NCBI GenBank assembly: GCA_905178155.1
Contig: CAJINV010000012.1
Location: forward strand, 3,343,144 to 3,407,143
From: Amoebophrya sp. A120
Taxonomy: Eukaryota; Protista; Dinoflagellata
Length of the DNA: 64,000 nt
Direction of reading: 5' to 3'
This document shows positions 26,201-39,400 of the stretch, piece after piece. The translations under genes were made by a program, and so were the position numbers. Each line of letters opens with the position of its first letter. Position 1 is the first letter of the stretch. A model generated the notes under the pieces. That model had not been told where the DNA came from. It saw only the letters and a program-made list of their open reading frames with translations, and did not search any database.

Positions 26201-26923
26201 ACAGATACGACCACTGAGCAGCCGTCCGCTTCCAATTCCTTCTTTGGCACCAGTGCCCTGACGAACAGTAAGGAAATAACGACCTCCGATCAGCATAATA
26301 ATCTGCAAAATAGCAATTATGCGCAACCTTTCGTCAACGACCCCTCCCTGGATTATGTTAGGAACAGCAGAGTAGTAGAACCTTTGACACCAGACGCTGT
26401 AGGACTTGTGAAGAAAGACCAAAACTACATCCCCCTCTCCGCCATCGTGATGCATCGACCCATCCCGAAACCGCTGGAGTTTGACGATGCCAGTTCTGAC
26501 CACACGTACCGGTCGAGCGCAGCTGCGTCTTCCAACCGGTTCTTGCTTCCGCGCGAAAAAAATACGGACGCTTTTTGTTCGACGTACCAGCACGACGTCG
26601 AGGCACCCGTCCGAGAAGACCCACAGTGGAGAGAGCGGAGCAGGCATCTGTCGCAGAAGGTCGTGCAAAGCGAAAGTGAAGATGTTGCTAGTATTAGGGT
26701 TGCAGCAGCTACCAGTGGAGCAGACGAAGAGGCTGCGACAGACAATTTCAGCGTCGCCTTCTCGGGTGCGGAGAGCAGGCAACGAAACATCTCCTACAAC
26801 AGCAATGGAGTCAACCAGCAAGTAGTACTTTTTCAGTACATCAAACCTATTTTCATTTTCGAATCCGTTTCGAATTACCTTTTCAAATGGAAATGTCGTG
26901 GGAAGAAGATCGAGACTGATTGA
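23212..26923 (+). CDS. Uncharacterised low-complexity protein with internally duplicated modules
   Basis: Frame continuous after removing 5 introners and GT-AG intron 25968-26131; repeated FA(E/D)ELRAKL..LEQST.AIA.LRS and IPKPLEFDD..SDHTYRSS. Confidence 0.65.
23755..24009. mobile_element. Introner family A (divergent interior)
   Basis: A-type TIR; DR CCACT/CCACC; frame restored. Confidence 0.88.
24079..24500. mobile_element. Introner family A carrying a nested retroposon
   Basis: DR TTCGT; frame restored (SPS-LRASM). Confidence 0.9.
24303..24444 (+). mobile_element. Short poly(A)-tailed non-LTR insertion (SINE or 5'-truncated LINE)
   Basis: 18-bp TSD AAATATGCATGACAAATC (24285-24302, 24445-24462); A-tail at 24422-24441. 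Confidence 0.8.
24792..25052. mobile_element. Introner family C
   Basis: Long TIR, DR CACAG; frame restored. Confidence 0.9.
25202..25363. mobile_element. Introner family B
   Basis: DR AAATC; frame restored. Confidence 0.9.
25587..25855. mobile_element. Introner family A
   Basis: DR CCCGG; frame restored. Confidence 0.9.
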
Positions 26924-26946
26924 TGAATAACGCTAAACAAAAAACG

Positions 26947-26990
26947 AGGACAAAACACTTTTGCAACCAGGACAAAACACTTTTGCAACC
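26947..26990. repeat. 22-bp perfect tandem duplication
   Basis: AGGACAAAACACTTTTGCAACC x2. Confidence 0.85.
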
Positions 26991-28671
26991 AGGTGGCTGG
27001 GGATCATGGACAAGCATCAAAGCGGGATGAACACTTGCGAAAGATCAGTGAAAACGAAAATACACACACCTTCTGCGGTTTACCGGTGCCTAGCATGCAT
27101 GACTGGGACTAGAGTCTTCTTGAAGACAAGCGAAAAACCCCTTGGTCCGAAGTTTCACCTGAAACATTTTTTTGGCTCCAGGGTAGTTTGCGAATCTTCA
27201 AGTCGATTACCAGATAGAAGAGTAGTACTCACTAAGACTATGTCTACATAAATATGTGCCGTCAACGTCTCTTGTGTATATGCGGAAGTTTCCGCATGAC
27301 GACATCGACCCGCTATGAACTCATAGTGCAGTCGCATTGTTGTACCTGTTTCTTTTCAGATTCAGTAAAAAAAGTTTGGTTTCTACCTTAAAACAAGAGC
27401 GAACGTTCAATTTTCTGTACCGAGCTTTTGTGCTGCAGTAGCGTTATTCATGCTGTCGCTGTGTTGAGACGAGCGACGGTGTATAGTTTCTTCTTCACCT
27501 CCTATTGGAACGACTATCAGTATGAACACCAAAACGCTTTCCATAAATTCTAAACCTAAAAAGAAAAATAGTTTTTCCATAAAATGCTTGGATGAAAAAG
27601 ATGGAGATTGCTCCGTTTCCGACCGCTCGCGGTTAGGGGTACTTAGCTGCTACAATTACCTCGCGGTGCGATAGAAGACGCCGCTCAGCGCTGGTAGGGC
27701 ATCCCGCCCTGGCGGGGTACTTAAAACATTACTCGGGCAAAGCGAGCTGCAGAACATTTTTAATGTTTGTCGGGAAGATTACAGGGTGGCAATGCCAATC
27801 TAGATGGACGACTGCAGCTTTCGTAATGTTGTAGCTGCCTAGATAGTCTTTCCCTGAAATTTTTTAGCATGTAATCAAAAAAAGAAACTATACTGGAAAA
27901 AGTGAAGCAGAAGCATAATATAAATACAAGGGGGCGACTTTCGAATTTTACCTGTTTCAAATTCACGACGTCACACTAGTGGCTGTAACATAAATTCGTG
28001 CGACGTGCTACAAGAACAGAAAGAAGAATTTTGCAGTAGTACTGCAACCTCGAATGAAAATGAATAGATTCACTGCTATTGCTAGTAGTACACGATGATT
28101 CTCAGTTTTAGTTGCACTTGTGATTGATAGGAGTGCCTGTCATATAATCAGCATAGAAAACGAAAACCAATAAAGACCAAGAGAAATTCCATAGGCGTTT
28201 CTAGCCTCAAATGCATAGAAGTTGGTTTAGATGCGAGTTTCAAACAATTTTTCCCAAGCTTACGGCACATGTCGTGTATCTGCAAGCTGATATTAAAACT
28301 ACACATGAAACGAAAAAACACGAACAGCGAAACGTATAATTCCTCGTAGTGTTCGACATCTGTATAGATGCATTTGGATTGTTGAGGACTGCCTACTGAA
28401 GCCTCCTGGACGATGAGGCTTTCAATCGGCCACGCTTGCATTCCAAGGTGGACCGGGAGGTGAAAGATCGTCGAGGCCATTTGATGAAAAATTTTGACAT
28501 TTTCTGATCTAGACAAACATCCCAATAATTTTTACGTATCAAATCTTTTGAGAGAAGAGGAAAGAAAACACTAGCGTTTTAGAAGTTTTTTCGCTTGTTG
28601 TAGTCGACTTGTTCAGTGTACGCTGGAGCAATTCCCTCTACTCCTTTTTCAGCCACGAAATTGTTCTCACC

Positions 28672-29739
28672 ATGAACGCGGCGTCCCGTTGGCTCCAGGA
28701 GTGCGACAAATTCGGCCGCGACTTGCAGGACTACCAGAAGGAGGCCTCCCCGACCAAGCGCCAACAGAGACGACAGAGACTTGTCACCACCCTGCGGCAC
28801 CTGGAAAAGCAGCTCTACCAGCACTCGGAACAGCCCACGACCTACCAGTTGAACCGGCAGGACCTGCAGCAGCGGGGGCAGATTCTGTTTCGGTTGCAGA
28901 ATGAACTGGACTCGAGCTCTGCCGGGGGCGGGTCCTCTTCGTCTTCTTCTTCCAATAAGAATCATGCCACAGGAGCGATGAATTCGCCCTTCATGGACCA
29001 AAGCGCAGCTGACGGCGGTTCTAGTACCAGCGCAACACAACGACCGCAGGGAAATTACGCGGGTATCCCAGACATGGCGAGCGTAGATTTGCTCGGCGGT
29101 GGCACTGCGTTCCTTCAAAACACGAAGGACTATTTACTTGGTGCGGTGTCCAAATCACCCGGCGGGGGAAGCGCGTCCGCGAGTAAGGAGACCGAGTTGA
29201 GAAATCCGACCGGCGCCGGCGCAGGTTATGGTTCCGCGTCGGGTAACAATCGGGATATCGAACAAGGTCCAAATTCGCCACCACTGAATTTCCGGTCGCA
29301 GCAGCAAAAGATGTTTCAGGAACAAGATCAAAATTTGGACATGCTGGCGGGGACGGTAGAATTTTGAAGATTATATGATTGCAATTAGCCGAACTATAAT
29401 TTTTGTGATGATCCACACTCCTGGTGGTCGTGGTTGCAGCTTTACCTTCTTGAAAGGTAGAGCTTGAAGCCATCACTCTGGCATCCGTTGCAATTGCAAT
29501 TTTCAACATCATCTCAGGTCGGCAACCTAAAGCAGATCGGCGGGGAAATCCACACGGAGGTGCAGTACCAGGGCGGTCTGGTGGAAAATCTTGGCGATGC
29601 GATGGATGACAGCCAGTCGAAAATGAAGTCCACCACCCAGATGCTGAAGGAGCTCGACAAGGACGGTTCGCTGTGCTTCTGGTGGGTCTTGATAATAGCG
29701 CTGTTTGTGCTTAATGTGGTCGTCGCCGTGTTTCTCTGA
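28672..29739 (+). CDS. Qc-SNARE (syntaxin-8/6-like); exons 28672-29355 and 29518-29739
   Basis: SNARE motif EQDQNLDMLAGT-VGNLKQIGGEIHTEVQYQGGLVENL followed by a C-terminal TM helix; GT-AG intron. Confidence 0.85.
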
Positions 29740-30585
29740 CATGAGGTGCGGCACGGTGATGTGGCGGCATCATGTGGTGATGATGTAGTATCCTTTTACA
29801 TAAACGAAAACCAACGCAAGATAGCACCCCCCCGAGCGACAGCCACACATTGCAGTATCCCTGCGGAAATTCGACCCTCCCTGGTGAATTTCTCGAATTT
29901 CGACGAAAGAATATCATTTTGCGACAAACCGACATAGAAATCATATTAGCGCGACTTTCCATACGACAGCACCGAATACAGCATCAAAACAAATGTAGCG
30001 TGAAGATGTCCTCACTCAGCGTCAGTGTCACCTGTTCTGCTGACGAATTCGATCACGCTATTAGCCTCGGAAGATCGTTGAGAGCAGCACTGCTCACGAC
30101 GGTCTTTCCAGCGATGAAGATGACTGTTCACCATAATTCGTTCCTGTCAGTCCCAGTATACAAGCATCATGTGGAGGTTGTGGTAAGACCTAGAGCCTGG
30201 AGAAAAAAATAGATTACGAGCAAACTAAATTGTACCGTTGCAGCACCAGCAGATGCTGAAAAAAAGGTCTGCTCGACACAAGTGCAGACTTCGTTATTTT
30301 CCGGTGTCGTGTGTGGATGCCATTGCACATGCTGCTTTTATTCCCGACGAGTTGGAGGAAGAATGAGCTAGGCTGCTGATAGGTGAATAACAGCATTCAA
30401 GAAGTGCTGTTGTGCTGCTGAGCTTTTCGTTTCTTGTGTTTCGTTGCGTCACCTTCTTTGATAGGATGTGTTTGGAGTTTTTGCCCGGTTCGTGATATAT
30501 TGAAATTGCATAATTACCATCAACGCGTCATCAAATAGGTGGCTAAATTAGTTGAAGAAGATGATGACCGCGAAAGGCTGCCTAT

Positions 30586-30604
30586 TTAGGGTTTAGGATT
30601 TAGG
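30586..30604 (+). repeat. Short interstitial telomere-like tract
   Basis: TTTAGGG TTTAGGA TTTAGG upstream of the kinase. Confidence 0.4.
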
Positions 30605-30912
30605 CGGGTTCAGACAATGAATGCCACCGAGATGCTCTTCGCTGAGCGTCGCTGCGGAAGAAGATGAAGATGAATGCAATGAGAGAATGCTCGTGCGATA
30701 CTGACCGCGCAGCAAAAGTCTGTTGGTCCAGGAGCACTAGAAGGCGGCGATGCGAGCACAGGTAGAAGTCCCGGGCTTGGATCATACTTAAGCAGACGGC
30801 ATTTCTGCCTCAAAACGGCGAGAGCCACATCCCGTGACGTAGTTCTCGAGAGCAGTTGCTGGAAGCGTCGTTGACCCTGCCCCATCCCCGGAAGAACAAC
30901 CCTGTCGCAAAA

Positions 30913-33358
30913 ATGCCACCGCCCAACCTCGAGATGCCGACGACGAGTAATCGTCGGGATTTTAACCGGCAAATGCAGCGCAACGCGACCCTTGCGGCCC
31001 AGAATTACAGCAGCAACCGGCACCACAATAACTACCGCGGAGGTGGAACCACCCGAGGTGGTAACTACAATAATAATTACGGTAGAAACAATAACAACAA
31101 CGACCTCCGAACGGATTTTAACAGCAATGAAGAACAGAAAATCCAGATCAAGCCCGACGAGTACGATCCGAAGACGCAAAAAGGGCGGTGGAAGTACAAA
31201 TCCGAAGTCGGCTCCGGATCGTACGGAACGGTGTGGTGCGTGATCGACATGAAGGACGGGGAACCAGATGAAAAAAAGAAGACCGAGTATGCTTTGAAAG
31301 TCAGCAACTGGGTCCGGGGCTCGTCGTCTTCCTTCATGCTCCACCGCGAGTACACCATGTCGAAGCTAATCCATCAGTCCGCCTCATCATCTTCTACCGG
31401 GGGTGAAAATAAAGGGCATCCGCTGTTCATGAAGGTGTTAGAAGATCACACCTACTACAAGGACAACACGATGAAACAAGACTTGGAGTGTCAGGAGCCG
31501 GATTTTAAGGGCTGGAAGGGCAATTACAAACTGGACAAAACCACCTGGAAACCGGGGGAAAAAGTATGTTGTCATTGTTTTAAGGAACCGCAAACAGTAT
31601 AGCCGATAACCATCTGCAGCTCCACCGGGTAGAGACGGCCCCTGCTCAAAGCGTGCCGCTTCTTTTTGCATGAGTGTCGACGTAAATAAAGAATTATCAA
31701 AACTGCAACTTTTCTCAGGTATGCTACATTATCATGGAGTACCTGCAAGGCCACAGGATGCGCGGGAAAAAGTTGGACCACGGCTTCAACTTGCAACAAA
31801 TCCGGCAGATCATGGTGGAGTGCGCGGAGGGGCTCCAACATTTGCAGTCCCTTGTCCCTGAAAAGATGCCGCGCACGCCGAGCAGCTGCTTCGTCCACCG
31901 CGATATCAAATGCAAAAATGTCTGGGTCTGGAAGAGTGCGCGATTTGTCATGCAGCTTTTCCATGACCCATGAGGTCTGGAATGCAGGACCTAGCGTGAC
32001 AGATTCCGCGCGATCTCTCTCATGCCTATCCTGCATGAGCAACGCTCTCCCGGCTTGGTCAAAACTGGACGACTTTTGGTAATCATGCAACACAGATTCT
32101 TGCATGCTTCAGATTTAGCCTGACAAGTTGCATTCTTCCAGACCCAGACATTTTTGCATTTGATACGCGATTTCCGGATGGCGAACCTCTTCTGGATGGG
32201 CAGCAAGTCGCGGGAACACGACGCAGCGAACGGCCACATCAAGATTCTGGACTACGGGCTCATGTATCAAAAGGAAAAATCCCCCCTCCCCATATCAAAA
32301 CGAAGTTTCTGATGCTGGATTTGCGTACACAAATCAGATTTGTCTTGCTGGAGAGGACTGCAGGCCTATAATCAGCCTGAGCAGGGAGGTTTTCTGCTAG
32401 GCGCTAAGCATGGCAAACGCCTAGTCTGTAGGGCCAACAGCATCACAAACCGCCTGCAGAATGCGGCGGAGCCTGTGTAGTTTCGTTCCTGCAAGACAGA
32501 GATGATTTGAGGTCACAAATGAGCATTACAAATTTCCTGAGACGTGCCTCTTCGATATGGGGAGGGGGGATTTTTGCTTACGATATCATGGTATTCGCAA
32601 ACAGCCAAACGGAAAACAATTTCAACTCGGCAATACACATGCCGAACGCGTGTTTCGATAACTACTGGCTGCCGGAAGAGGCCTGTGGGGTCAGTCGGAA
32701 GGGGAATTTCAAGTCCCCGTACACGGCACTGGACATTTTTTCCTACGGTGTGCTTTTGATGGAGCTCATGCACCCGAACCGCGTGCAGACCTTCAAAAAA
32801 AACACCGACAGCGAGGATCGGAGGAAAAAGTTCATGAACGAAATCTACACGCGGATCCGGAACCGGGACGGTTATCTGCTGAAAACGCACGGAGTGATGG
32901 CGAAAGCGCTCGGACTGGGGGAAAAAATTTTCAAAAGACTGACGGATTCCGATCCGGCGAAGCGACCGGACATTTCATACTTGGTGGAGGAACTCCGAAA
33001 GGGGAAGGTGGTGCGGCAGGAAGCTGGTGTTGGAGCCGTTGTTGACGCAGTAGAAGGTGGTGATGTGTCGATCAACTACAGCATCAGCGGAGCCGCAACC
33101 GCAAGCAGTAGCAGCAGTTCCTGTGCTGCGGCATCTTCGGGCGGTGGTGCGCATGATACTCCCTCCAGCGTTTTTGGCACGTTTCTTGCGGAAAACGCGA
33201 GGAAAATCACGCCGCGGGGTCTGAACGAGGAACCGGTCAGGCCGGCGGGCGAAGTTGCGGACGATCCCAGGCCGGTGTATTTGCGGCAGAATGAGATTTT
33301 TTGCGATGTGATTTCGCAGTCCAGAATACGGAAGCTGAACGAGAAAGCAAATGTATAA
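30913..33358 (+). CDS. Ser/Thr protein kinase
   Basis: GSGSYGTV, YALK, IMEYL, HRDFRMANL, IKILDYGL, WLPEE, DIFSYGV and DPAKRP after removing GT-AG intron 31564-31718 and two introners. Confidence 0.9.
31904..32165. mobile_element. Introner family A inside the kinase HRD Asp codon
   Basis: DR CGCGA; removal restores HRDFRMANL. Confidence 0.93.
32265..32585. mobile_element. Introner family E (321 bp)
   Basis: TIR TATCAAAAGGAAAAATCCCCCCTCCCCATATC, DR TCATG; DYGLM-VFAN. Confidence 0.92.
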
Positions 33359-33455
33359 ATCGATTTTTCATGATTTTCAATTTCATTTGGATTTGTAGTT
33401 CCTTTATTCATTGCAGTTCCTTGTTGTTTTTGGATGTTGTTTCGGATGGTAAACG

Positions 33456-36400
33456 ATGGCGCCACTTAATAGTAAAAAGCCTTTCGACTTTTGGCAACAA
33501 ATATGTTCAGAAACAACCTGCAAATTTTTCTCACAGCTTTCCGACAAGCGGTTTTGGGAAACGTACCGTGCCGGCTTCATCCAATCTTTTCTGGAGATAG
33601 AAAAGCGCGTGCAGGCCAACGAGGTCCGAAAAACGAAACCAGACCAAGCACATGACACCGAAGTCGCGGAATACGAGATGGGCGAGTACAGCCAGCTCTG
33701 CGCGCACTTCCTTCTCGGCATCCATGACGAAGATGAGAAGGAGCGGGATGCGGTGGTGGACTTTTGGGCGTTGCCTGGCAGCGACATGGACGCGCGGAGA
33801 CCGTCGGCCGCGGGCTTTTCCAAACGCTCCACGGGGAGCAAAAGCAGCAAGGAAAGACTGAACAAGAAGTCCCCGGAACAAGAGGAGAGGAGAAGAAGGC
33901 TGGAAGCGTTTTTCACCGAGGAATCCAAGCTCTGGGTCGCGCTAGCCCTGACAAAAGAGCTGGACAAAAGATTTCCCAAGTACCAGGAGAAGAACAAAAA
34001 CAAAAGCGAGGCTTTCTTCTTCAACATCAAAAATTCCGGAACTTCGCACTACTCGGCAAAGCAAGTCGCGGTTTTATCGCCCGAAGTTTCCGACGGAATC
34101 CGGGAAATCATCCAAAACTGCAAAGATGATTCGGGAAAGAGAAAGAAGAAAATCGAAGAATCGTTGCAGCACTTCACGTATGAAATGCAAAAATGTCTGG
34201 GTCTGGAAGAGTGTGAACTTGTCATGCTGTTTTTGGACTCTAAAAAAATTTGCATTGCATGACCAGCAAGAAGGGTGCAATTTGTGCCTCACGGACAGGG
34301 CATTTCTCATGCCGAAGGTGCATCAGGAAGCTCTCCAAAAGTCTGCGATGCTACGTCATGCATTACAGGCATCATGGGTCATGAGAAATATGCATGACAA
34401 ATCTTGCATTCTTCCAGACCCAGACATTTTTGCAATCCATATCACCGGTCGAGGGTCGGACACAAACACGAAATCGCGGTCTTCCCACACATATCCTGGG
34501 CAAAAGCATTGTACTCGTACTAATCGCAGTCATGCAACACAAACTTCTTTTTCAAGCAAAATCAGCACGACAAATTCCATTTGTCATGCTGAGCTAATTT
34601 GTGTTGCATTACTACGTCTACGAGTGCGATATTTTTGCAGTGCATGACACAAATGAGGCCATTCTGATCGCGAACAAGCATGAAAGGGTGGAACCGGTTT
34701 ACCAGGAGCTGCTCGAACGATACAACTCGGACGATTACAACCCGACGAAAGAGGAGGAGGCCCGGCTGTCCCGCGCACTGCACGCAAACAAGCTGCTGAG
34801 CAAGGACTTGCACGGCAAGGCGAACGATTTGATGGCGCGGTACACCACGGACATTGCCTGGATGAAGCCAAACGGAGGGGCGGACAAGTGGAAAGTGATC
34901 CAGGAAGAAGCTTTCCACGCAGGGATTTTTGCAAAGCTGGAGTTGCAAGAAGTTCCGGAGCAGTTCAAAAGTGCTTGTGTGGACGAGAAGCTTGACCTTG
35001 ACGACGGTATTAAAGGCAAATCTTCTTCCTGCTGCATTGCGAAGTGCATCGACCTATGAAATGTAAAAATGTCTGGGTCTGGATGATTGCCAGGTTTGTC
35101 ATGCACATTTTGCATGACTCCTGATGTCTGTGATGCATGCCCTAGCATCACAGATTTTGTGAGGGCTTCCTGATGCCTATACCGCATGGCAAATGCTCTT
35201 TCCGTGTAGCAAAACTTGGACTCTCTTTGCTGCTCACGCAATGCAGATTTTTTTAGAATCCAAAATCAGCATGACAAGTTGGATTCTTCCAGACCCAGAC
35301 ATTTTTACATTTGATACGACCTGCTCGCCCGGGTTGAAGAGGTGTACAACAAGCTGCTGAAGAAGCTGGTTTATGAACTGCAAAAGTATCGTACTAGTAG
35401 TAATTGCAATACAAATTATTTCCTCAGCAATGAGAAATAAGATTTCTAATGCGGGTTTACCTTAGGAAAAAAATTTGTAATGCGTGAATGCAATTACTAC
35501 GACACGACTAGTACGATACTTTTGCACAGGATATGGTGAAGAACTACGCGAAAATACAGCCTGCCATGGGGGAATTCAGAAGAAAGCTCAACCAATACGT
35601 AAAGCAGCAAAAGTTGGAACAGAGTGAGAAGTTACGGGCGAACGTGGAGAGGTTCAAAACCACCATCAACAACTGGATCCAACGGGAATCCAACTACTTC
35701 AACGATGTGAATGCTTTGATGGAATTAGCAGCGGAGGAGTGCCCGGAGGCGGTTATTCCGAGGGTGGAGGATTTAGATCATGCACATCAACAGAATCCAT
35801 CCACACAGAACTCCAGTTTTTCCGCACTTGGTGTTGTTCCTGGAGACCAAAGCACCAAGTCCTCCATTGCGTCTTCCATCGTTTCGGACCTAAATAGCCG
35901 TGTGGTAGAGCCATGGTCACGGGAGGAAGACCCGCTGTTGGTCACGTACGCTTACGGGGGAAGCAGAATCTTCACGACAGATGCTAGTGCGGGCAGTTCT
36001 TCAAGTGCAACGAGTTCTAGCAGCATCAAGTACTTCCCCCCACAGCCGGAGCGGCGGCACTTGCCGGGAAACAAGGGCAGTTGCAGTGTCTGGCTACTCG
36101 GAAAGGCTTTGAAGGATATCACGACCAAAGGTCGCGACGTGGAGATTTACCGCTGCGGAGGGGACTATGCATTGCAAAAGTAACGTACTGGTGTAAATTG
36201 CATTACAAATTGAAATTTTCGCAAGAAGAGAAGTTGAATTTGTAATGCTGTTTTACCTTTGGAGGAAGATTTGTCATGCATATTTACAATTAGTACGAGT
36301 GCGATACTTTTGCACAGCATAGGGACGAGGAGGTAGGGATTGGAGGGATAATGAGCGGAGGCGGTGGTACATCAACTCCGGCAACCTCTTCCTCGAACCA

Positions 36401-39400
36401 GCAGCAGCAAGCACAGCACCTGAGTTTACCGGTTGCAAATAGAACCTGGGAGGCGCAGTGGGCGTTCAGCAAGTTTTTTTCCGACGTGGTTCTGCAAAAA
36501 CTTTTGGAAGACAACGGCTCTACTAGCACGATGATCAGCAACGACAAGAACTTCTCCGCTTCGAGTCATGATATGCAGTTCGACCAAAAACTCGACTTTT
36601 GGTTGTGCAGAGACGAACAAAATAGAAAAGAGTTGCGTCAGCTGTCCGACGTGATCAACGAATTGCGAGCCTCGCTCTTCTCGGAGGCAAGCTTCAAACT
36701 GATGAACTGGTCCGAACCCAATCCCATCCGTTATGGCGTTCTCAAATGTTACATTCTCAACTGTTACATGATTTGTAATGCAAAGCTACCTACTTGAGCC
36801 GCCAGGTGGTCCAGCTGCTTCGCATGACAAATCTGCGAAGGCCCAGACAGCACCTAAATCTGCGCCAAACTTGTAATGCAAAAGGCTCCTTTCACTTTTG
36901 CCAGTCTTGCATTACAAATTCATGTACCAGTTGAGAACGTAACATTTGAGAACTCCATACCCGTCCCGCGTTAAAGAAGCACCCGACCATAACCGCCCCC
37001 GGCGATAGGGAGAAGGACAGAAAGTATTAGAAGGAAAAATCCCCCCTCCCCATATCGAAACGAAGTTTCTGATGCTGGATTTCCGTACGCAAATCAGATT
37101 TGTCTTGCTGGAGAGGACTGCAGGCATATGCCAAGCCTCAGTCGAGAGGTTTTGACGTAGGCGCCTAGCATGGCAAATGTGTATGCTCTAAGCCCAACAG
37201 CATCACAAACCGCCTGGAAAGTGCGGGGCGCTCTCTGGACTTGCCTTCTTGCAAGACAGACAGGATTTGAGGTCACAAATGCGCATCGCAAATTTTCAGA
37301 CGGATACGTTTTCAATATGGGGAGGGGGGATTTTTCCTCACGATAAAAAGCTCGAAGCTGCTAAACCGCAAAAGTCGTTGGACCAGTTACACCAGGAGAT
37401 TCTGAAGGAGGTGTTTTCAGAAAATCTCCGGCACTTGTACCCGAAAAAGAACAAGAATTCCACAGCAGATCGGAGCTCTCTGGGCGAAAACTTGTCTCTC
37501 TGGTTGTTCTTCCAGCTTGCCGAGCGTTGCCGGGTCCTGTATGGATTGCAAAAGTGTCTGGGTCTGGAAGAGTGCAGGAGTTTGTCATGCAGATTTTGCA
37601 TGACCCATGAGGTCTGTGATGCATGCCCTAGCACCAGAGATTTTGCGAGGGCTTTCTGATGCTCATACCGCATGAAAAATGCCCTCTCCGCGTAGCACAT
37701 AATGCACCTCTTTTGCTGTTCATGCAATACAGATTTTATGTAGAGTGCAGAGGTAGCATCACAAGTTGCATCCTTCCAGACCCAGACATATTTGCATTTG
37801 ATATCCTGCAAACCTTGTTCAAGTACTTCTACTCGAATCTGCAACCGGAGGAACAGGAAAGGTTTGCTATCCTGTGCAAAAGTATCTACTCGTATTGCAA
37901 TCATGCATTGCAAATTTTTTTCTTGAGGTAAATCAGCATTACAAATTCTATTTCTCATGCTGAGGAAATTTGTAATGCATTTATGCGAATACGATACTTT
38001 TGCACTGCATATTTGCCACTCTGCCGCAACGGGGGAAGAAGGACATAGTGGAGCGCGAATTCACTTTGAACGAAGAGGAGCTGCGGAAGTGCGTCACGGA
38101 ATATTTAGCGGAGGCCGCGGGGAATATCTACAAGTCATCTGGCCTGAACAACATGAACCAGCAGTACAACCGAGTGCCGCAGGTTCTCTATCAAAGTGGA
38201 AAAAGCCCCCACCCCATATCGGAAACGGAAGATGTGCGAATTTGTGATGCTGTATTTGAGTACACAAATCGACTTGTATTGCTAGAAGGCCAAGAGACGA
38301 AGCTGCGCCCAAAATTGCTGGTAATCTGTCATGCTGTTTCCCACTTCCAGTCGCCTCGTGTCATCCTGGAGCTGCAAGGCTTTCCCACGCTAGACAGCAC
38401 TACAGTCCGCATCTTTTGCCTTCTAGCATCACAAAGCTAATTTGTGACCACGAATCTGCATCACAGATTTCCGTTTTGATATGGGGAGGGGGCATTTTTC
38501 ATTGTAATATCCTCCTCCGCACGGCCGACGAGCTGGATGAGAAGTACGGACTAGATCACATCGTCGCGACCAACCTGGCGAGTTGCATCGCGAAGCCGCA
38601 GAACGCCACAGCTCTGTCCACGGCGAAAGTGTGCATCACGATGCCGCGTGACCGGCTAGAATCGTTCTCGAAGAAATTTGTTTCCCGCCGGGAAGAGCTG
38701 CTGAAACGGGTGCAGAAAGAGTGGCAAATCCGGTTGAAAGTCGCACTGCAGGATTACGAACGACTGATGGCCATGTCTGGTGCGGAACAACATCCAAGCG
38801 AAGGCACCAGCAGTTCTGGTTCCCCCGAGCAACTATCGGCGAAGCAAATCGGCGAAATAGTTCACAACATTCAGCCGGTAGCGATGTGCAAAATCATGTA
38901 CCGACTCTATCACAGTCCGCACAATGAGGGAGCAAGAGCAATCTTCTGGTACGAACAGAAAATGGACTTTCACCGGACCACGTCCGGCACCGTAAAGTTT
39001 GACAACTGCCTGACCGGCGACGAAGCGAATGAAGCGAACCAGAAGATACTGCGGGAGTTTTTTTCGAATCGGAGGTTCGCGGTCAAAAAATACCATTTCT
39101 ACAGCTTCGAATTCGAGAAGGCCTTAAAGATCGAATTTTCCCGGCTCGCTTTGAAGATGAACCAGGTGAGCAGCGGGACACTTGACGCGGAGGTGACGCT
39201 GCTGAAGGGAAAAGTATTGGAACTCGCTAAAGAGTTACACGACTTGAATCCGAAGAAAAGATTGCGGAGCTTATTCACAAGGGAAGAATTGGAAAAGAAA
39301 GAAAAGGCATTGAACAGTGGTGGTTTCGAACAGCTGCTGTCCGCGCTGGATGCTGAGATTGTTCACACAAAAATTGCAAAAGAGAAGACGAACAAAGATC

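Noticed and set aside
31896-31910. HRDIK as the kinase catalytic loop
   Set aside because: TATCAAA belongs to the introner TIR; the spliced loop is HRDFRMAN and leads in frame to DYG
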